DNA of 64,000 nt from the NCBI GenBank assembly GCA_044892505.1, contig CM097882.1, positions 357,864,001 through 357,928,000 of the forward strand. The letters are read 5' to 3'. Positions within the stretch are counted from its first letter, which is position 1. Each line of letters begins with the position of its first letter. This document shows positions 35,144 to 48,449 of the stretch, one piece after another. The notes under the pieces are model-generated. The model searched no databases and was not told where the DNA came from. It saw nothing but the letters and a program-made list of their open reading frames with translations. Position numbers and translations under genes: made by a program. The stretch comes from Schmidtea nova (Eukaryota).

Positions 35144-37800
35144 NNNNNNNNNNNNNNNNNNNNNNNNNNNNNNNNNNNNNNNNNNNNNNNNNNNNNNNNN
35201 NNNNNNNNNNNNNNNNNNNNNNNNNNNNNNNNNNNNNNNNNNNNNNNNNNNNNNNNNNNNNNNNNNNNNNNNNNNNNNNNNNNNNNNNNNNNNNNNNNNN
35301 NNNNNNNNNNNNNNNNNNNNNNNNNNNNNNNNNNNNNNNNNNNNNNNNNNNNNNNNNNNNNNNNATATTAAAAATTAATAAATAAATAACTAAATAAAAA
35401 AATTTTAAAAAAAATTATTTAATAAATATTATAAATAATTTTAAATAATTTTAAATAGAATAAAAATTAAAAAATAAATATATATAAAATAATAAAAATA
35501 AATACATTTAATATTAATAAAAAATAAAAATCCAAACATTTAAACCAAATACAGTTGTGTTGAGTATTTTAAAAAGAAGACGAGAAACCTCTCGAAATCA
35601 TTAAAATCGTTGCAAAATGGAAAAACAAATGTCGAGAATTGAATGTTATTATTGTCAGAAAAATTCATCCAGATTTTTAGGAGGTGTAGACACCATCAGA
35701 ATATTTGGCATGGAGCTTAAAAAATCAATAATAAATATGCCTCGTTAGTTACCCAGAGATTTTCAGATTCTGATCGGTTAGAGTTTGCGTTATCAACGCT
35801 CAAGCTGGACAAGAATTCGAAGTTGGGTACTTTAATATCTAAGTTTACCAACATTTTAAACGCTTTTAAACATGACTTTTGTGCAAATTGAATGTTGATG
35901 GACAGTTTGTGTTTTGTGTTTTCTCTAAAGGTTTTCATAGTGCTAAATAATGAAACGATAATGCAGCTATGTTAGTCGCTCATTAAAGTATCTGCGAAGG
36001 AATCGTGCGTGATATTGATCTAAGGATTCCCAATTTATATGTATGTCGGCAACATGAGTTTTGTAGTAAACCCGTAGTTGATAATGAGTGGATCAAGTAA
36101 TATGTTGGATTCCTGTCGTGTTTTCGATAGCTCCCATGCATCTCAGATTAAATTAAACATTTTTACATTAAATATTTTAAAAGGATTTTCACTCTTAAAT
36201 AAAAATGTATAAAAATATTAGACAAATTTATTTTATCACAACATTTTTATTCTAAATAATAATTTTGTTAATTTACTAAAGTTTAACTAATCTTAATTTA
36301 AATCATTTTCCTCTTTTATTTTAGAAATTTCTTAGACAAAAATCAAATATTTCTAGTAGAGAATTTAAATATTTCCTACTTGTAATTAAATTCTGCAATT
36401 AGTGTTTTTATGTTAAATTTGTAGTTTTTACGTGTTTACTTGGTGCATTGTTGTTCAATAATATTTTGTAGGGTTCACCTTAACAAGCATGAAATAAAAA
36501 TAAAAAGCACAAATTCATGTGCAAATCAATGAAAAAACACAAAATCTAAAATTGATAATTAAAGTACAAAAAATTATTTAAAAAATTAAAAATATATATA
36601 ACGGAGGAAACGGGTATGGGAGGATGTCAAATGATGAAACGAATTCAAATATGGTTACAAAAAATTAAAAGGGGTCCCCAAAAAAAGATATTCAATAAAA
36701 AAATTATTAAAAATTAATGAATAATTTATTAGTTATGTAGAAAAGTCCTAGTTAACAGGAAACCCAAGCGACCCGGGAAAACCGAAAATTCAATTTGCCA
36801 AAAAATAAATTTAAACCTGGTAACAAACCCCAGTAATGGTACAATTTGATTATTTTGTTTAGAAAATCTTAAAAGCAATTATCGGAAATAAAATTAGAGT
36901 GACACGTTAATATGACGAAGTCACTAAATAAACTCAGGGTGAGCTGACAAATGACAATTTTGGTCGAAGAGAAAAATTAGAATTTCAGCGTTAGGTAACG
37001 AGTAAAAGTGATATAAAGAGACTTAAAAAGAGAACCAAAGGTAAGAATCCAGATTAACTCACGCGTATGGGAAATAGAGATTTCTCATTGGGTTACCTAT
37101 CCTAACGCTAGAAGAGTTCAGAAAAGATTTTATAACTTTGTGTAATCGAAATTGTGTTTAATCAATTTGAAAATAAAAATTATTGTGTTAGGTTTAATTA
37201 ATTATTGTCAAAGAAAGAACACAGGAATCAGATACCAACCGACTATTCGTTAATAACACAACATTTTTAAGCGTGTTTTATTTAATTTTCCTATGTATTT
37301 TATTATTAATTTTGTTGGGCAAAACTAAGATTTGTCTAAATAAAGCGGTAACACAGCTCGTAGAAAGCGTACAAGAAGTAAATATAAAATTCTATGAGCT
37401 AAAACACTAAGAAAAACACAATAATCACAAAACACAGAAATAATTAAATAAAACACGTTAAAAATTAAAAAAATTAACAAAAGCGCCATTTAGACGCCGT
37501 TGACCGATCAAATATCATCAGATTTGACTTAGAAGCTTATGAAGTAAAATCGCGGACAAGTCGCACAAAAATCTGAAAACTTTGATACTGTTGTGACACA
37601 TGATTGTAATAATTTTGTTATGTTATTGATATGCTACGTTTCTTTGTAATAGATCCTTGAATGAATTAGGTTTTGTTAATGGTTTGATGTTGGTAAAATA
37701 ATTTATTTTGATGTAATAATAAATTATTATTGATGTGAATATTTATTTAAATTGCCAATTAAAAATCTTACTGAATGTTTATAGATTGACAACTGATTAT

Positions 37801-38030
37801 GGGACAAAATGGGCACTAAACCTTCTATCGGTAGCTCTTGAACCCACTGTGATGTTCGGTCAATCATAGTTTTAATTTTTTGACGCTCACTGTTTGCGGA
37901 TATCCTCCCATTTGTTGCATTAACAACGTTACATTGTGACGGGCAACAAGATAGTTTTGACTAATGTTTTGTGCTGAGTTGTTGATGAGAGCCATTGCAA
38001 CGTAAAGGTCATATTGATTATCAACACCCC
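37801..38030 (+). repeat. Dispersed structured repeat, diverged copy
   Basis: Homologous to 61375-61610 (same strand) and 55023-55260 (inverted). Upstream flanks are also homologous but more diverged. Confidence 0.85.
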
Positions 38031-38597
38031 CAATTTGTTTATTTGGTGTTTCTCATTATAAATATTAAATTCGATTTTCACGCACTCTCTAAATGTTATA
38101 TTACCGCTTCAATAAAACAAAATTCTGTTGAGTTTATTTTTTGCCCAACACTAGCGATTTTAATGATTATAATTGCTTTTATTACTTTTGATTAATGTTT
38201 ATCTCTTTATATGCTTATTTCCCCTATTATTTCATATCTCCCACTATTTAATTCATATTAAGTACACTTTAATTTAAATTTGGCGTTGGCTCTTATTTTT
38301 TTTGATACATTAAAACGTTTGTTGGTTCTACCCCAACATATTTATATCACTAGAAATTTTTAACTTTCAAATTGTCATCAAATTATAAAATATTTTTTAT
38401 ATAAAATAAGTAAAATCTATAGATAAATGTATTTTTAAATAATTTAAATTCTACAACTCAAAATAAAATTGTTATAATAATTATGTTACAATTTTAATTC
38501 TAAAGATGATATCAAAATATTTGTTTTAATAATTAGTATAAATAACTGAAAAACCTAATTAAATAAATTTTTATAATTCAAAAATTATTAATTCTGT

Positions 38598-39290
38598 ATG
38601 GCAACCCCTGCAAAACGAATAAAAGTATTTAGCTCATCGTCAGACAGTGGAAGCTCTATCAATTTCAATAGAAGAAAGCTAAGAAGCGGTACTGCTAGAA
38701 AATCTAAAGAATTATGCAAAAAATTGTTAACTACTGTAAATAAAATTAACAGTGATTCCGAAGATTATGAAGTAAATCATTGGCTATATATTAAAATTAA
38801 CTGGATAAATAGATATCTGAATATGATTCAGATGTAGATCCAGAATTCAAATATTCTGATGGATCTGAATGTGAAGATGCCGAGGAAGTAGATAATAAAT
38901 CTGTGAGCGCTAATTCCAGCCATAGCAATGAATCAGTCATTTCTAATATTACAGAATTTGATGAAACCTTTGAGATGTTGGAAAGAATGTACAACAATGA
39001 AATGTTGACATCAAGTAAAATAGTTAACTATTTATTGTATGAGAAACTAATATGAAATTTTACTTATTAGAAGAAAGCCAAATAAAATCGGTAGAAAATT
39101 TTAATGTAAGTTTTAAATTTTTTTATTTTTTATTCTCTAACATAAAAATTTAAATAAAAGAAGGAAAGACACACGTCAAAAAAGAAACTGTCAGATGAAT
39201 GTATAAGTATTTACGGAGCGGCGGAACATAACTTCTGGGAGGGTAAATATGACGAAGCTCAAGAGCAATGCGCTAGAATCATTAAAGAAT
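38598..39290 (+). CDS. GTF3C3: General transcription factor 3C subunit 3 (TFIIIC102/Tfc4), exons 1-4 (38598-38771, 38813-39014, 39071-39105, 39161-39290)
   Basis: Phase-consistent short introns. An acidic N-terminus is followed by KKLSDECISIYGAAEHNFWEGKYDEAQEQCARIIKE, matching the first TPR of GTF3C3 (KLPRALRGLMGEAN..FARG...A...C.EIIRQAP). Exons 1-3 are less certain than exon 4. Confidence 0.75.
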
Positions 39291-39657
39291 GCAAGTTTTT
39301 AATTATAACATTTTATATATATTTAACAAAAAATTAATAAATTAAAATATCGTTTTGTAAAATTACATAATAAATTGATATTTTGCAAATAGCATAAATA
39401 TATACAAATGTTTTTATAATTTTTTTAATCTATAAGTATATTTTTATTTATCCCTTGTGACATTTTTCAAAATTTACAGTAAGTCTGTACAACGAAAAAG
39501 TAAAATTTCAAAAATAAAAGGAAATTTTTGGATCATAAGTTTATGATTAAATTAAATTTACAAAATTTGCATTTTTGGATTTATCTTTATTAACACTTTA
39601 TACGTATTGTTGTAAGAATTTTTGATGAATTTTAATTGGACATTAAAGTAATTAAAA

Positions 39658-40176
39658 CAGAGGCGTAACTAGGGTATGGAAGACATGGCACGTGCCTTGG
39701 GCGCCAACTGAAGGGGGCGCGTAAAAGCGAAAAAGTCCCGAACAATTATATAGAACAATTTTATAGTTCAGTATGGATATGAAAACGTTTTTCCCAATAT
39801 GCGTATAGCATTGCAAATATTGCTGACAATCGCGGTTTCTATTGCCAGTTGCGAAAGATCATTTAGCAAATTAAAATTGATGCTTTCATATTTGAGAGCC
39901 TCAATGGGCCAAAGTCGATTATGTGATCTTGCTTTGCTTAGCATAGAACGAGAAATGACCGAAGAAATTGACTTTGATAATATAATTAAACAATTTGCGT
40001 CCGCTAAAGCAAGAAAGATAAATTTGTAAAAAAGTGTTAATAGATTTAACTTGTGTGCTTTTTTAACCCAATTCTAAAGTAGTTTTTTAGAAAATAAAAC
40101 ATAAGTAACCTATCGTCGGGGAGGGGCACAAGATCGGTGTTTGCCATAGGCACCATTTACCCTAGGTACGCCACTA
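39658..40176 (+). mobile_element. Non-autonomous hAT derivative with dimerization-domain ORF, in GTF3C3 intron 4
   Basis: TIRs CAGAGGCGTAACTAGGGTA and TACCCTAGGTACGCCACTA, with a perfect 8-bp TSD AATTAAAA (39650-57 and 40177-84). ORF 39799-40029 has LTIAVSIASCERSFSKLKLMLSYLR. Confidence 0.93.
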
Positions 40177-41059
40177 AATTAAAATATATTATATTTTCGA
40201 TCAAAAATACAAGTTCATCTTTTCTGAGATTTTAAAAACACACTTTAATAAAACTGTTTACAAATTTAAAACATCAGAGAATTATCTAAAAAAAGAAATG
40301 GTGATAGGAAAGTCGTGCTGGGACTTGTCAACGCAATTTTAGGGTACATTAATAATTTGTAGGTTTCTATTAACTATATGGACAAATTAAAGGATGGAAA
40401 GAATTGCTAGTCAGTGGGGTGAAAGCGCAAATAAGATCTTACATCTGTCAGACATTGTAGCTAATTTAAGATATGAAATTCATTAATTTTTCCTTACTAA
40501 TATCTGCTGATTCGAGATCTCTCACTAGTTTATAAACGTTTCTTTATCCAGGCGAGTTTTTTTAAGAAAAATAAAGGTTCGAAAAGATTTTATTCTTGAT
40601 TATATTTATTAATTAGATATTAGTTTTGATATGAAATACTTTGAAAACTTCAAAAATAAATATTTTAGATTGAAATATTTATTATGAAACTTTATTCACA
40701 TACAAATGAAATCAGTATTGAATTGTCCTGTAATAACCTGCTGATATTTGTTAGTGAAATAAAGATCTAATTAAACTCGAAATAGACATAAATTTAGTCG
40801 AAAAATTCCAATCCGTTGACGAGTAAGAAACTGGAATTCAGTCTCCTTGAACATGTTAGCACATTCATTACGGAGTGACGCCAACTGGCGTTTAGCACTG
40901 CTCAATGTTTCACTCGGCGTTTCTTAATACTTTGTTGATCTTATAAAAACAAAAGGTTTAGGCTATAATTCAGTGATTCTTTTTAATACATTTTTTTGAA
41001 TTCGATAATATTTGAAATAAAGTGCTGAATTCAATTTTTAAATATTTTCTCCCTTTTAG

Positions 41060-41913
41060 TTCCCCTTCATTTTGGAGCGTATGAAATATTAAGTCGGATT
41101 CACCTCGCGAGAGGTGACAATAAAAAAGCCAGTCAAGTATTTCTACTTTGGAGATTAGAAATCAATTATTTTGCATATTTTAGTTTTATTTTACATCTGC
41201 AATGTGCGATCCGAAAAATTCTGAGAAATGGCTTCTTTGTATAGAAAACACTGAAGGTCTAGAAGGACTAGAAAAAGCTATCCAGTTAACGAAACTGGCC
41301 ATGAATCGCTGTAATACAATAGATATAAGAGAAAAATTGGCAGAATTGCTAGAGAAAGGTGGATATGAGAAAGAGGCAATGAAAAGAAAACTCGCGAATT
41401 TCGAAATGGCTGCCAGTGAAAAAAATCCAACTGTCATTAGTGATATTGTTGAAGAATTATTTTATATGTCGGAAAAGTTTTACGTACGTAAAGATGTCAA
41501 GCGATCGTGCAAATGTCTAGAAATAGTAAATATTAAATATCCGACTCTAGTCACGGATGAGCAGAGATTTAGTCTCCTCAAGCAAATGTTTAGTGTGAAT
41601 AGATTTCACGGCATATTAGATGTGGTGAAAAATATCAAAGGAATTGAAATCGATCTGAATTATCCCGCTAATTTATTATCATTTAATTCGGAAATTTCTC
41701 ATGAAAATCAAAAACAAATAATTTTCTACGTGCTCTTCGCTTCGATACACCTGGAAATGATAGTATTTATCGAAAGCCCATCGTTCTTTTTATATATGAA
41801 AGATATCATCAATGAAGCCGATTGGTATTTGACTATTTGTCATAAACTATATAATATGAAACATTATAAAATCGCAATGAATCTTCTAGAAAATCCTGGA
41901 GGCATTGTTGACG
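41060..41913 (+). CDS. GTF3C3: GTF3C3 exons 5-6 (41060-41136; 41184 into N-gap), TPR region
   Basis: FPLHFGAYEILSRIHLARGDNKKASQ|FYFTSAMCDPKNSEKW matches P...P..TL..IY...GD.EK..QF.LIAAHL.P.D.E.W. The intron is 47-bp GT-AG. The exon end is hidden by gaps. Confidence 0.85.
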
Positions 41914-42312
41914 NNNNNNNNNNNNNNNNNNNNNNNNNNNNNNNNNNNNNNNNNNNNNNNNNNNNNNNNNNNNNNNNNNNNNNNNNNNNNNNNNNNNNNN
42001 NNNNNNNNNNNNNNNNNNNNNNNNNNNNNNNNNNNNNNNNNNNNNNNNNNNNNNNNNNNNNNNNNNNNNNNNNNNNNNNNNNNNNNNNNNNNNNNNNNNN
42101 NNNNNNNNAACAATATAATAATGGTATTAANNNNNNNNNNNNNNNNNNNNNNNNNNNNNNNNNNNNNNNNNNNNNNNNNNNNNNNNNNNNNNNNNNNNNN
42201 NNNNNNNNNNNNNNNNNNNNNNNNNNNNNNNNNNNNNNNNNNNNNNNNNNNNNNNNNNAATATTATAATGGTATTAATAATATTATAATATTAATATTAT
42301 TAATAATTATAT

Positions 42313-42343
<31 letters not shown>

Positions 42344-43398
42344 TGTAATAATATTAATAATAATTATTAACAACTTAATTATATTAACACCTAACATCCA
42401 CCTTTTTTAATTTTTCATTTTCTTGATATTTCATTATTATGTATTTGCCTTCTTCATCTCTTAACAAATAGATTTTTTATTTCGGATCTTACGCTTTAAT
42501 AATACTTTATCCATACATTGAAATTTCTTTTTGTTTCCGCCTATTTTGCATTCGGTACTTCTCTTTACTTTTTTGAAGTAATGCTGTACCATTTCGATTT
42601 GTTGATTATCCTGCCAAAAATGATTTCTGTCCGACTTACCCAATTTTTTTCCTGAATGGTAATATCTATGCCCAACCTTTTCTGATTTGTTCTCTTAACG
42701 ACGAAACTACCTTTTTATTAATTCATTGGTGTTATGGTGATATGTACTTGAAAACATTATTTCTATTCTTATTGACAGCCAATTATTTTATACCGTTTCA
42801 CAATTTACATATAATTCTTTCGGTGCTCCTAATCTCAATATCCATTTTTAGCATAATTTTAAATTTTTTCATCCTATTTAGCTATCTCAGACATAAATGT
42901 ATATGCTGTAGTAGTCGATGATACCAAATATGTAACTTTCTCTATTTACTGTTTCTTTCCTTTGTTCACATATATCCATATAGATCTTCTTCTATCTTAA
43001 TAGTAAGTGTCTACGTTTTTGCAGTATAGATTTTAATTACTAATTTTACTAAATCTTCTATGTCGATATTATATTGAATGTTTTAAAAGATTCTCATATA
43101 TTGCTATAATTTCATAATTATATATTACTTATTTTTAATAGTAGAATAATATTAACTAAAATTACTTTAAATTAATTTCATATTTTAATTTGCTATAATT
43201 ATTTTTCTATGGACATTTAAAAAAATATTTTTAGTAATAATAGTTTCCAAGTTTTGGTTGTCGTAAAATGTCGTTCGTGTCTAATTATTACGATATAAAT
43301 GTAATTTTACATTAGTAATTTTCTGCATGAATTTAAAGACTATATTATTTCATGTCCATGATTTTCAGTGAGTTTTAGCATGTTTTAATATTTTCTAG

Positions 43399-44321
43399 AA
43401 ATTAGCCTCCTTGAAACTGTTGGGAAAATGTCAAGAAGCGATGGGCTTCGATAATGAGGCGTTGTGTACATATGATAATATCATAAATAATGTAACTGGA
43501 CAGGATGCGTCTATTTGGGAATTGAAAGCAAATTTGTTGTATAGATTAAAACGAGAAGACGATGCAATTCAAGTTTTAGCTGAAAGTCAAAAATTCATAT
43601 ACATAAATTTACCTCAAACTAATCTTGTCAATCGATGTAAGCCCACTAAGGATAGCATTCAATTACTTTATAAACTCTGTAATTTACTCTACAATGAAAA
43701 GCGGTTCGAAGACTTTATAAAAGTCTCATGGAAGTTTCTTTTCATTGATTCCTATGAATATTTCCAAGCAAATAAAATTGACATGTGTTGCGAAGACATA
43801 GCGTTTGCTAAATCGAGAATTCCAGAAATTCAAAACAACATATGGCTGTGTCTATCAAAAACTCTTGATTCTAATGGTCATTGTGTTTTTGCTACGACTC
43901 ACTTGAAAATGGGCGATGGATCTACATGGGATATATTGAAAAAATTGATGGATCTCTTTTACAAATCGGAAGAAGATTGTTCAGAGTTACTTGAACTGTT
44001 GTCCCAGTGGGGATTGGTTTTACAGAAAATCCTCAGCTGGCAATCAAATATTCGATTGAATCTATCAGTCATCTATGTGTCAACGGCATTGAGGAATCGA
44101 ATAAAAAACATTCGGTTAAGACTAGATATTTCCGGAAATATGATTTTTCAGGAGTTGAGAGTTCTTAAAAATAAGGTAGTTATCATTCCATCCGCTACAA
44201 GATTTAACGCATTCTACCGTTACAGTATGGAGAGAATATTCAATTTTGGAACCTATTCCATATTTATACATATATTATTGGCGTCAGCAACGAAAGATTT
44301 GTCCTTCGACATTTGCCAATT
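43399..44321 (+). CDS. GTF3C3: GTF3C3 large internal exon
   Basis: Acceptor ttctag at 43398 and donor gtgagt at 44322. About 307 open codons of TPR-like helices, consistent with the GTF3C3 middle region. Confidence 0.8.
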
Positions 44322-44689
44322 GTGAGTATTTTTAGTTGTTTTTAATTTTTCTCATTAAAATCTTAATGAAAAGATAAAATACTGAAAATTACTTTCATAT
44401 TTCCATTATATACTAATAAATCGTGTAGCATTTGCCAAGATAAGTCAATGGTAACAGTATCGATATCTTACCATTCAATAAATTAAATTCAATAAAATAA
44501 AATAAGTAATTTATAAAAATTAATTTAAAATAAATATAAGAATAACATTAAAAAAATATATTATTGCAATATAATCTTTAAAAATTATTATGAACGTGTG
44601 AATCGTGAAGCTTTAATGAAAAAACCATTTAATCCTAAAATAAACATACAAAATGCAATATCTACATGCATTTGGAAAATTTTTAATTA

Positions 44690-45235
44690 CTGTATATACT
44701 CGTGTAAAAGTCGAGAAATTTTGTACTAAATCTGAAGACTTTTTTTTCAATTCGACTTTTACACGTGCCATACAAAAATCATATTTATTTTTTCCAAAAA
44801 AAAACTTTTTTGGAAAACGAGTTTTTTAATCGTGTCGCTTTTAATCAAATTAATTACTTTCAATTAAATTATAGAATTCAACAACGGATTATGCAATTAT
44901 TAAGACATTTAAATTAAATTATTAATTTAAATCCATTTATTAATTAAATAAAATTCAATAAACAATATTTGCAAAGAAATAAAACCAGCAATCTGCAATT
45001 ATCCAACAATGAAACTTATTATCAACATATTATTTTATTAAAAAATTTTGAAATTGAAGAGTGAATTCAAACTTATTAATGTCAATGTTTTTCTATAAAA
45101 GTATTCAATATAATATTATTTTTGACCTTATTTTTTACTTCGACTTATACACGGGTTTCCAATTTTGGACTAAAAACTGGCTTTAAATTTTCAATTCGAC
45201 TATACTAGAGTTGACTTATACACGAGCATATACGG
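44690..45235. mobile_element. pogo/Tigger-type MITE in GTF3C3 intron
   Basis: TIRs C(T/C)GTATAT(A/G)CTCGTGTA(A/T)AAGTC flanked by TA (44688-89 and 45236-37). Confidence 0.88.
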
Positions 45236-45324
45236 TAATTTTACTAAGGTTAATATAAATTTTATTGGATTGTGCGAATGTGATTATGTAATCACTAAAG
45301 GATCATTTTTTTATATTCAATTTG

Positions 45325-46730
45325 TTTTTTGTATTATGATGACAGCTGAGCTATCGAAATATTCTACAAAAATCTATTTAAAAAAATGGTGTTTATTTTA
45401 AATAATAATAGTATTTATTTTAATAAATTGCCATTTTTATTTATTTTTTAAAAATATATTTATCTCGAAAATAGGTCTTAATATTTTTTAATAATCTAAA
45501 TTAAATCAGATTTCAGTAGGAAAATAAACAGAAACAAGTGATAAATAAATTTAAAAGAATTTAATATTGGAATGATCAGGATTTTTTAAAAATTGAAATA
45601 TTTAACCACTTCAAATACTTTTTTGTATTATGATGACAGCTGAGCTATCGAAATATTCTACAAAAATCTATTTTAAAAAATGGTGTTTATTTGAATAAAT
45701 TGCCATTTTTATTTATTTTTTTAAAATATATTTATCTCGAAAATAGGTCTTAATATTTTTTAATAATCTAAATTAAATCAGATTTCAGTAGGAAAATAAA
45801 CAGAAACCAGTGATAAATAAATTTAAAAGAATTTAATATTGGAATGATCAGGATTTTTTAAAAATTGAAATATTTAACCACTTCAAATACTTTTTTGTAT
45901 TATGATGACAGCTGAGCTATCGAAATATTCTACAAAAATCTATTTTAAAAAATGGTGTTTATTTGAATAAATTGCCATTTTTATTTATTTTTTAAAAATA
46001 TATTTATCTCGAAAATAGGTCTTAATATTTTTTAATAATCTAAATTAAATCAGATTTCAGTAGGAAAATAAACAGAAACAAGTGATAAATAAATTTAAAA
46101 GAATTTAATATTGGAATGATCAGGATTTTTTAAAAATTGAAATATTTAACCACTTCAAATACTTTTTTGTATTATGATGACAGCTGAGCTATCGAAATAT
46201 TCTACAAAAATCTATTTTAAAAAATGGTGTTTATTTGAATAAATTGCCATTTTTATTTATTTTTTAAAAATATATTTATCTCGAAAATAGGTCTTAATAT
46301 TTTTTAATAATCTAAATTAAATCAGATTTCAGTAGGAAAATAAACAGAAACCAGTGATAAATAAATTTAAAAGAATTTAATATTGGAATGATCAGGATTT
46401 TTTAAAAATTGAAATATTTAACCACTTCAAATACTTTTTTGTATTATGATGACAGCTGAGCTATCGAAATATTCTACAAAAATCTATTTTAAAAAATGGT
46501 GTTTATTTGAAATAATAATAGTATTTATTTGAATAAATTGCCATTTTTATTTATTTTTTTAAAATATATTTATCTCGAAAATAGGTCTTAATATTTTTTA
46601 ATAATCTAAATTAAATCAGATTTCAGTAGGAAAATAAACAGAAACAAGTGATAAATAAATTTAAAAGAATTTAATATTGGAATGATCAGGATTTTTTAAA
46701 AATTGAAATATTTAACCACTTCAAATACTT
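45325..46730. repeat. Tandem array of five 272/294-bp units
   Basis: GTATTATGATGACAGCTGAGC recurs at 45331, 45625, 45897, 46169 and 46441. Units 1 and 5 carry an extra 22 bp. Confidence 0.97.
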
Positions 46731-48205
46731 TAATGATAATAATAAAGCTAAAGTATTATTATCATGATTTTGCGAATTTACGATTTTTATTGATTTTAAT
46801 CCAATTTTATTAGCTGTAATCCATGATCAGGGATTATATAATAAATAATTAATATAATAATAGTAATAACATACTGTATAGTTTGTTTCCTAATAAATAT
46901 TTCGTAAAAAATGTTAAATACAATATTGTGTAATTAAATTAAAATTCTAAAAATAACTTTTCTGTAAAACATCATGAATTATCCTTTTAATTCACTCTCC
47001 TGAAATTTCAATAAGAAACGATAATAAACCTAAATTACCAAAGACATAATATAAATACAATGATAATTTCAATTGATTTAAAAATCAATATCAATATTGT
47101 ATTAGTCACTCACATATATAGAGAATTATATTTATTAGATGTCACTTAATATCATTAACATCTCTTGTTTTCATCTTTGATCTCTACTTTTCTATTTCAG
47201 AATTTTTTATAAATCCTTTAGATTGAGTCTTGATGAAAAAAAGTCTCGGAAGCTAATCTTTTAAAGTTTTTGAGTTTTTAAATCCTTCTTGTAAGTGTTG
47301 GCATTTTTTTGTCAATAGATAGAACCATTTTATGTATTTTCTCGTGATTATTGATAGTATTGTTTTTGATGTGTTCATTGAGTCAAGTGCAGAAAGTTAT
47401 ATGGGTTTCCCCTATATAATCATCTGGTTGTAGAACGACGAATTTGATATTTGGGGCTAACGAAGTTATGATTTTAAAAGTGCAGAAGTGATAGAAGTAG
47501 GACTGATTGTTACGCTTATTGCATGGTGTTCGTTTAATTTTACTGCCATACTTTATGATTTTCAAGCCCAGTTTTCGGAATTGATTAGAAAATTGTCATT
47601 ATCTACCTGATCAAATTTAATATCTTACGAACAAGGCATATGTGTAACTCATACTGATGAGAGCCAAAAGAGCTCGAATTTAGAATGTCATTAGAAATCA
47701 CATGACTTATCGCATTTCAAAAATCATATTTTAATCAGCGGTCATCCGAAAACCGATTATAAGTTACAGTCGTTATTCGGTAATAGTGAAAATTTTTATT
47801 ATAAAAGTTTAAAAAATTATGTGATTTATTAACCCTTTATCTCCCAGAATAAAAAATTCAACCAAAATTGTTCAAATTTAAAAAACTTATCTTAAAAACC
47901 CTTATTATCGTAAATTCAACTTTTGGTTGCAACCTGTGATACAACTGTTCATAAAAGATGATGCAATATTGCAAGCGTATCGATAGACTTGATATAATTG
48001 TATTTGAATGTGATAATACAAACCAATTTTACCGTTTCCATATGGACACGCTAGCAGATAACGGGTTAATGCATTTACATAACGTTACTATTAAGCGAAA
48101 GATTTAACTCGAAATTCTTTAGATACCCTCGACTAAATATAAGTTTGTATTTATCAATCTATTTGAATTCATAATTATTATTAAATAATTATTATTTATT
48201 AACAG

Positions 48206-48449
48206 GTTAAAAACAATTATTCACTGGAAATGATCAACGCTGGTTTTATTCTACTAGGCAGTGCCAAATTAAGCTTGAGTAAGAACAAGAACAATATTGA
48301 TAATATAATTATTTATTATATTAGCCATCAATAGTAAACTATTCGATGAACACAGAGAAAATCCTCAGTTATGTCTACATTTAGCGATAACGCTAATTAA
48401 TTCTGCGTTATCAAGAAATTGTCGGAAAAGCTGGAAGCTAACTTCTTTG
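48206..48449 (+). CDS. GTF3C3: GTF3C3 exons 48206-48278 and 48325-48449
   Basis: VKNNYSLEMINAGFILLGSAKLSL|TINSKLFDEHRENPQLCLHLAITLINSALSRNCRKSWKLTSL aligns with PENHALCVLNGHNAFVSGSFKHALGQYVQAFRTHPDEPLYSFCIGLTFIHMASQK. Splice phases are consistent. Confidence 0.8.

Noticed and set aside
36736-37260. Solo-LTR-like stretch (TGTAG...AATAACA with an AATAAA-like signal)
   Set aside because: No matching TSD, PBS, PPT or second copy in the window.
40270-40440. RELSKKRNGDRKVVLGLVNAILG frame as a GTF3C3 exon, or as evidence for stop-codon reassignment
   Set aside because: The true first TPR exon is at 39161-39290. This frame has several stops, and all real genes here use the standard code.
42421-43080. 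Minus-strand A-rich stretch faintly resembling a decayed integrase or RT
   Set aside because: No unambiguous motif can be recovered without a search.
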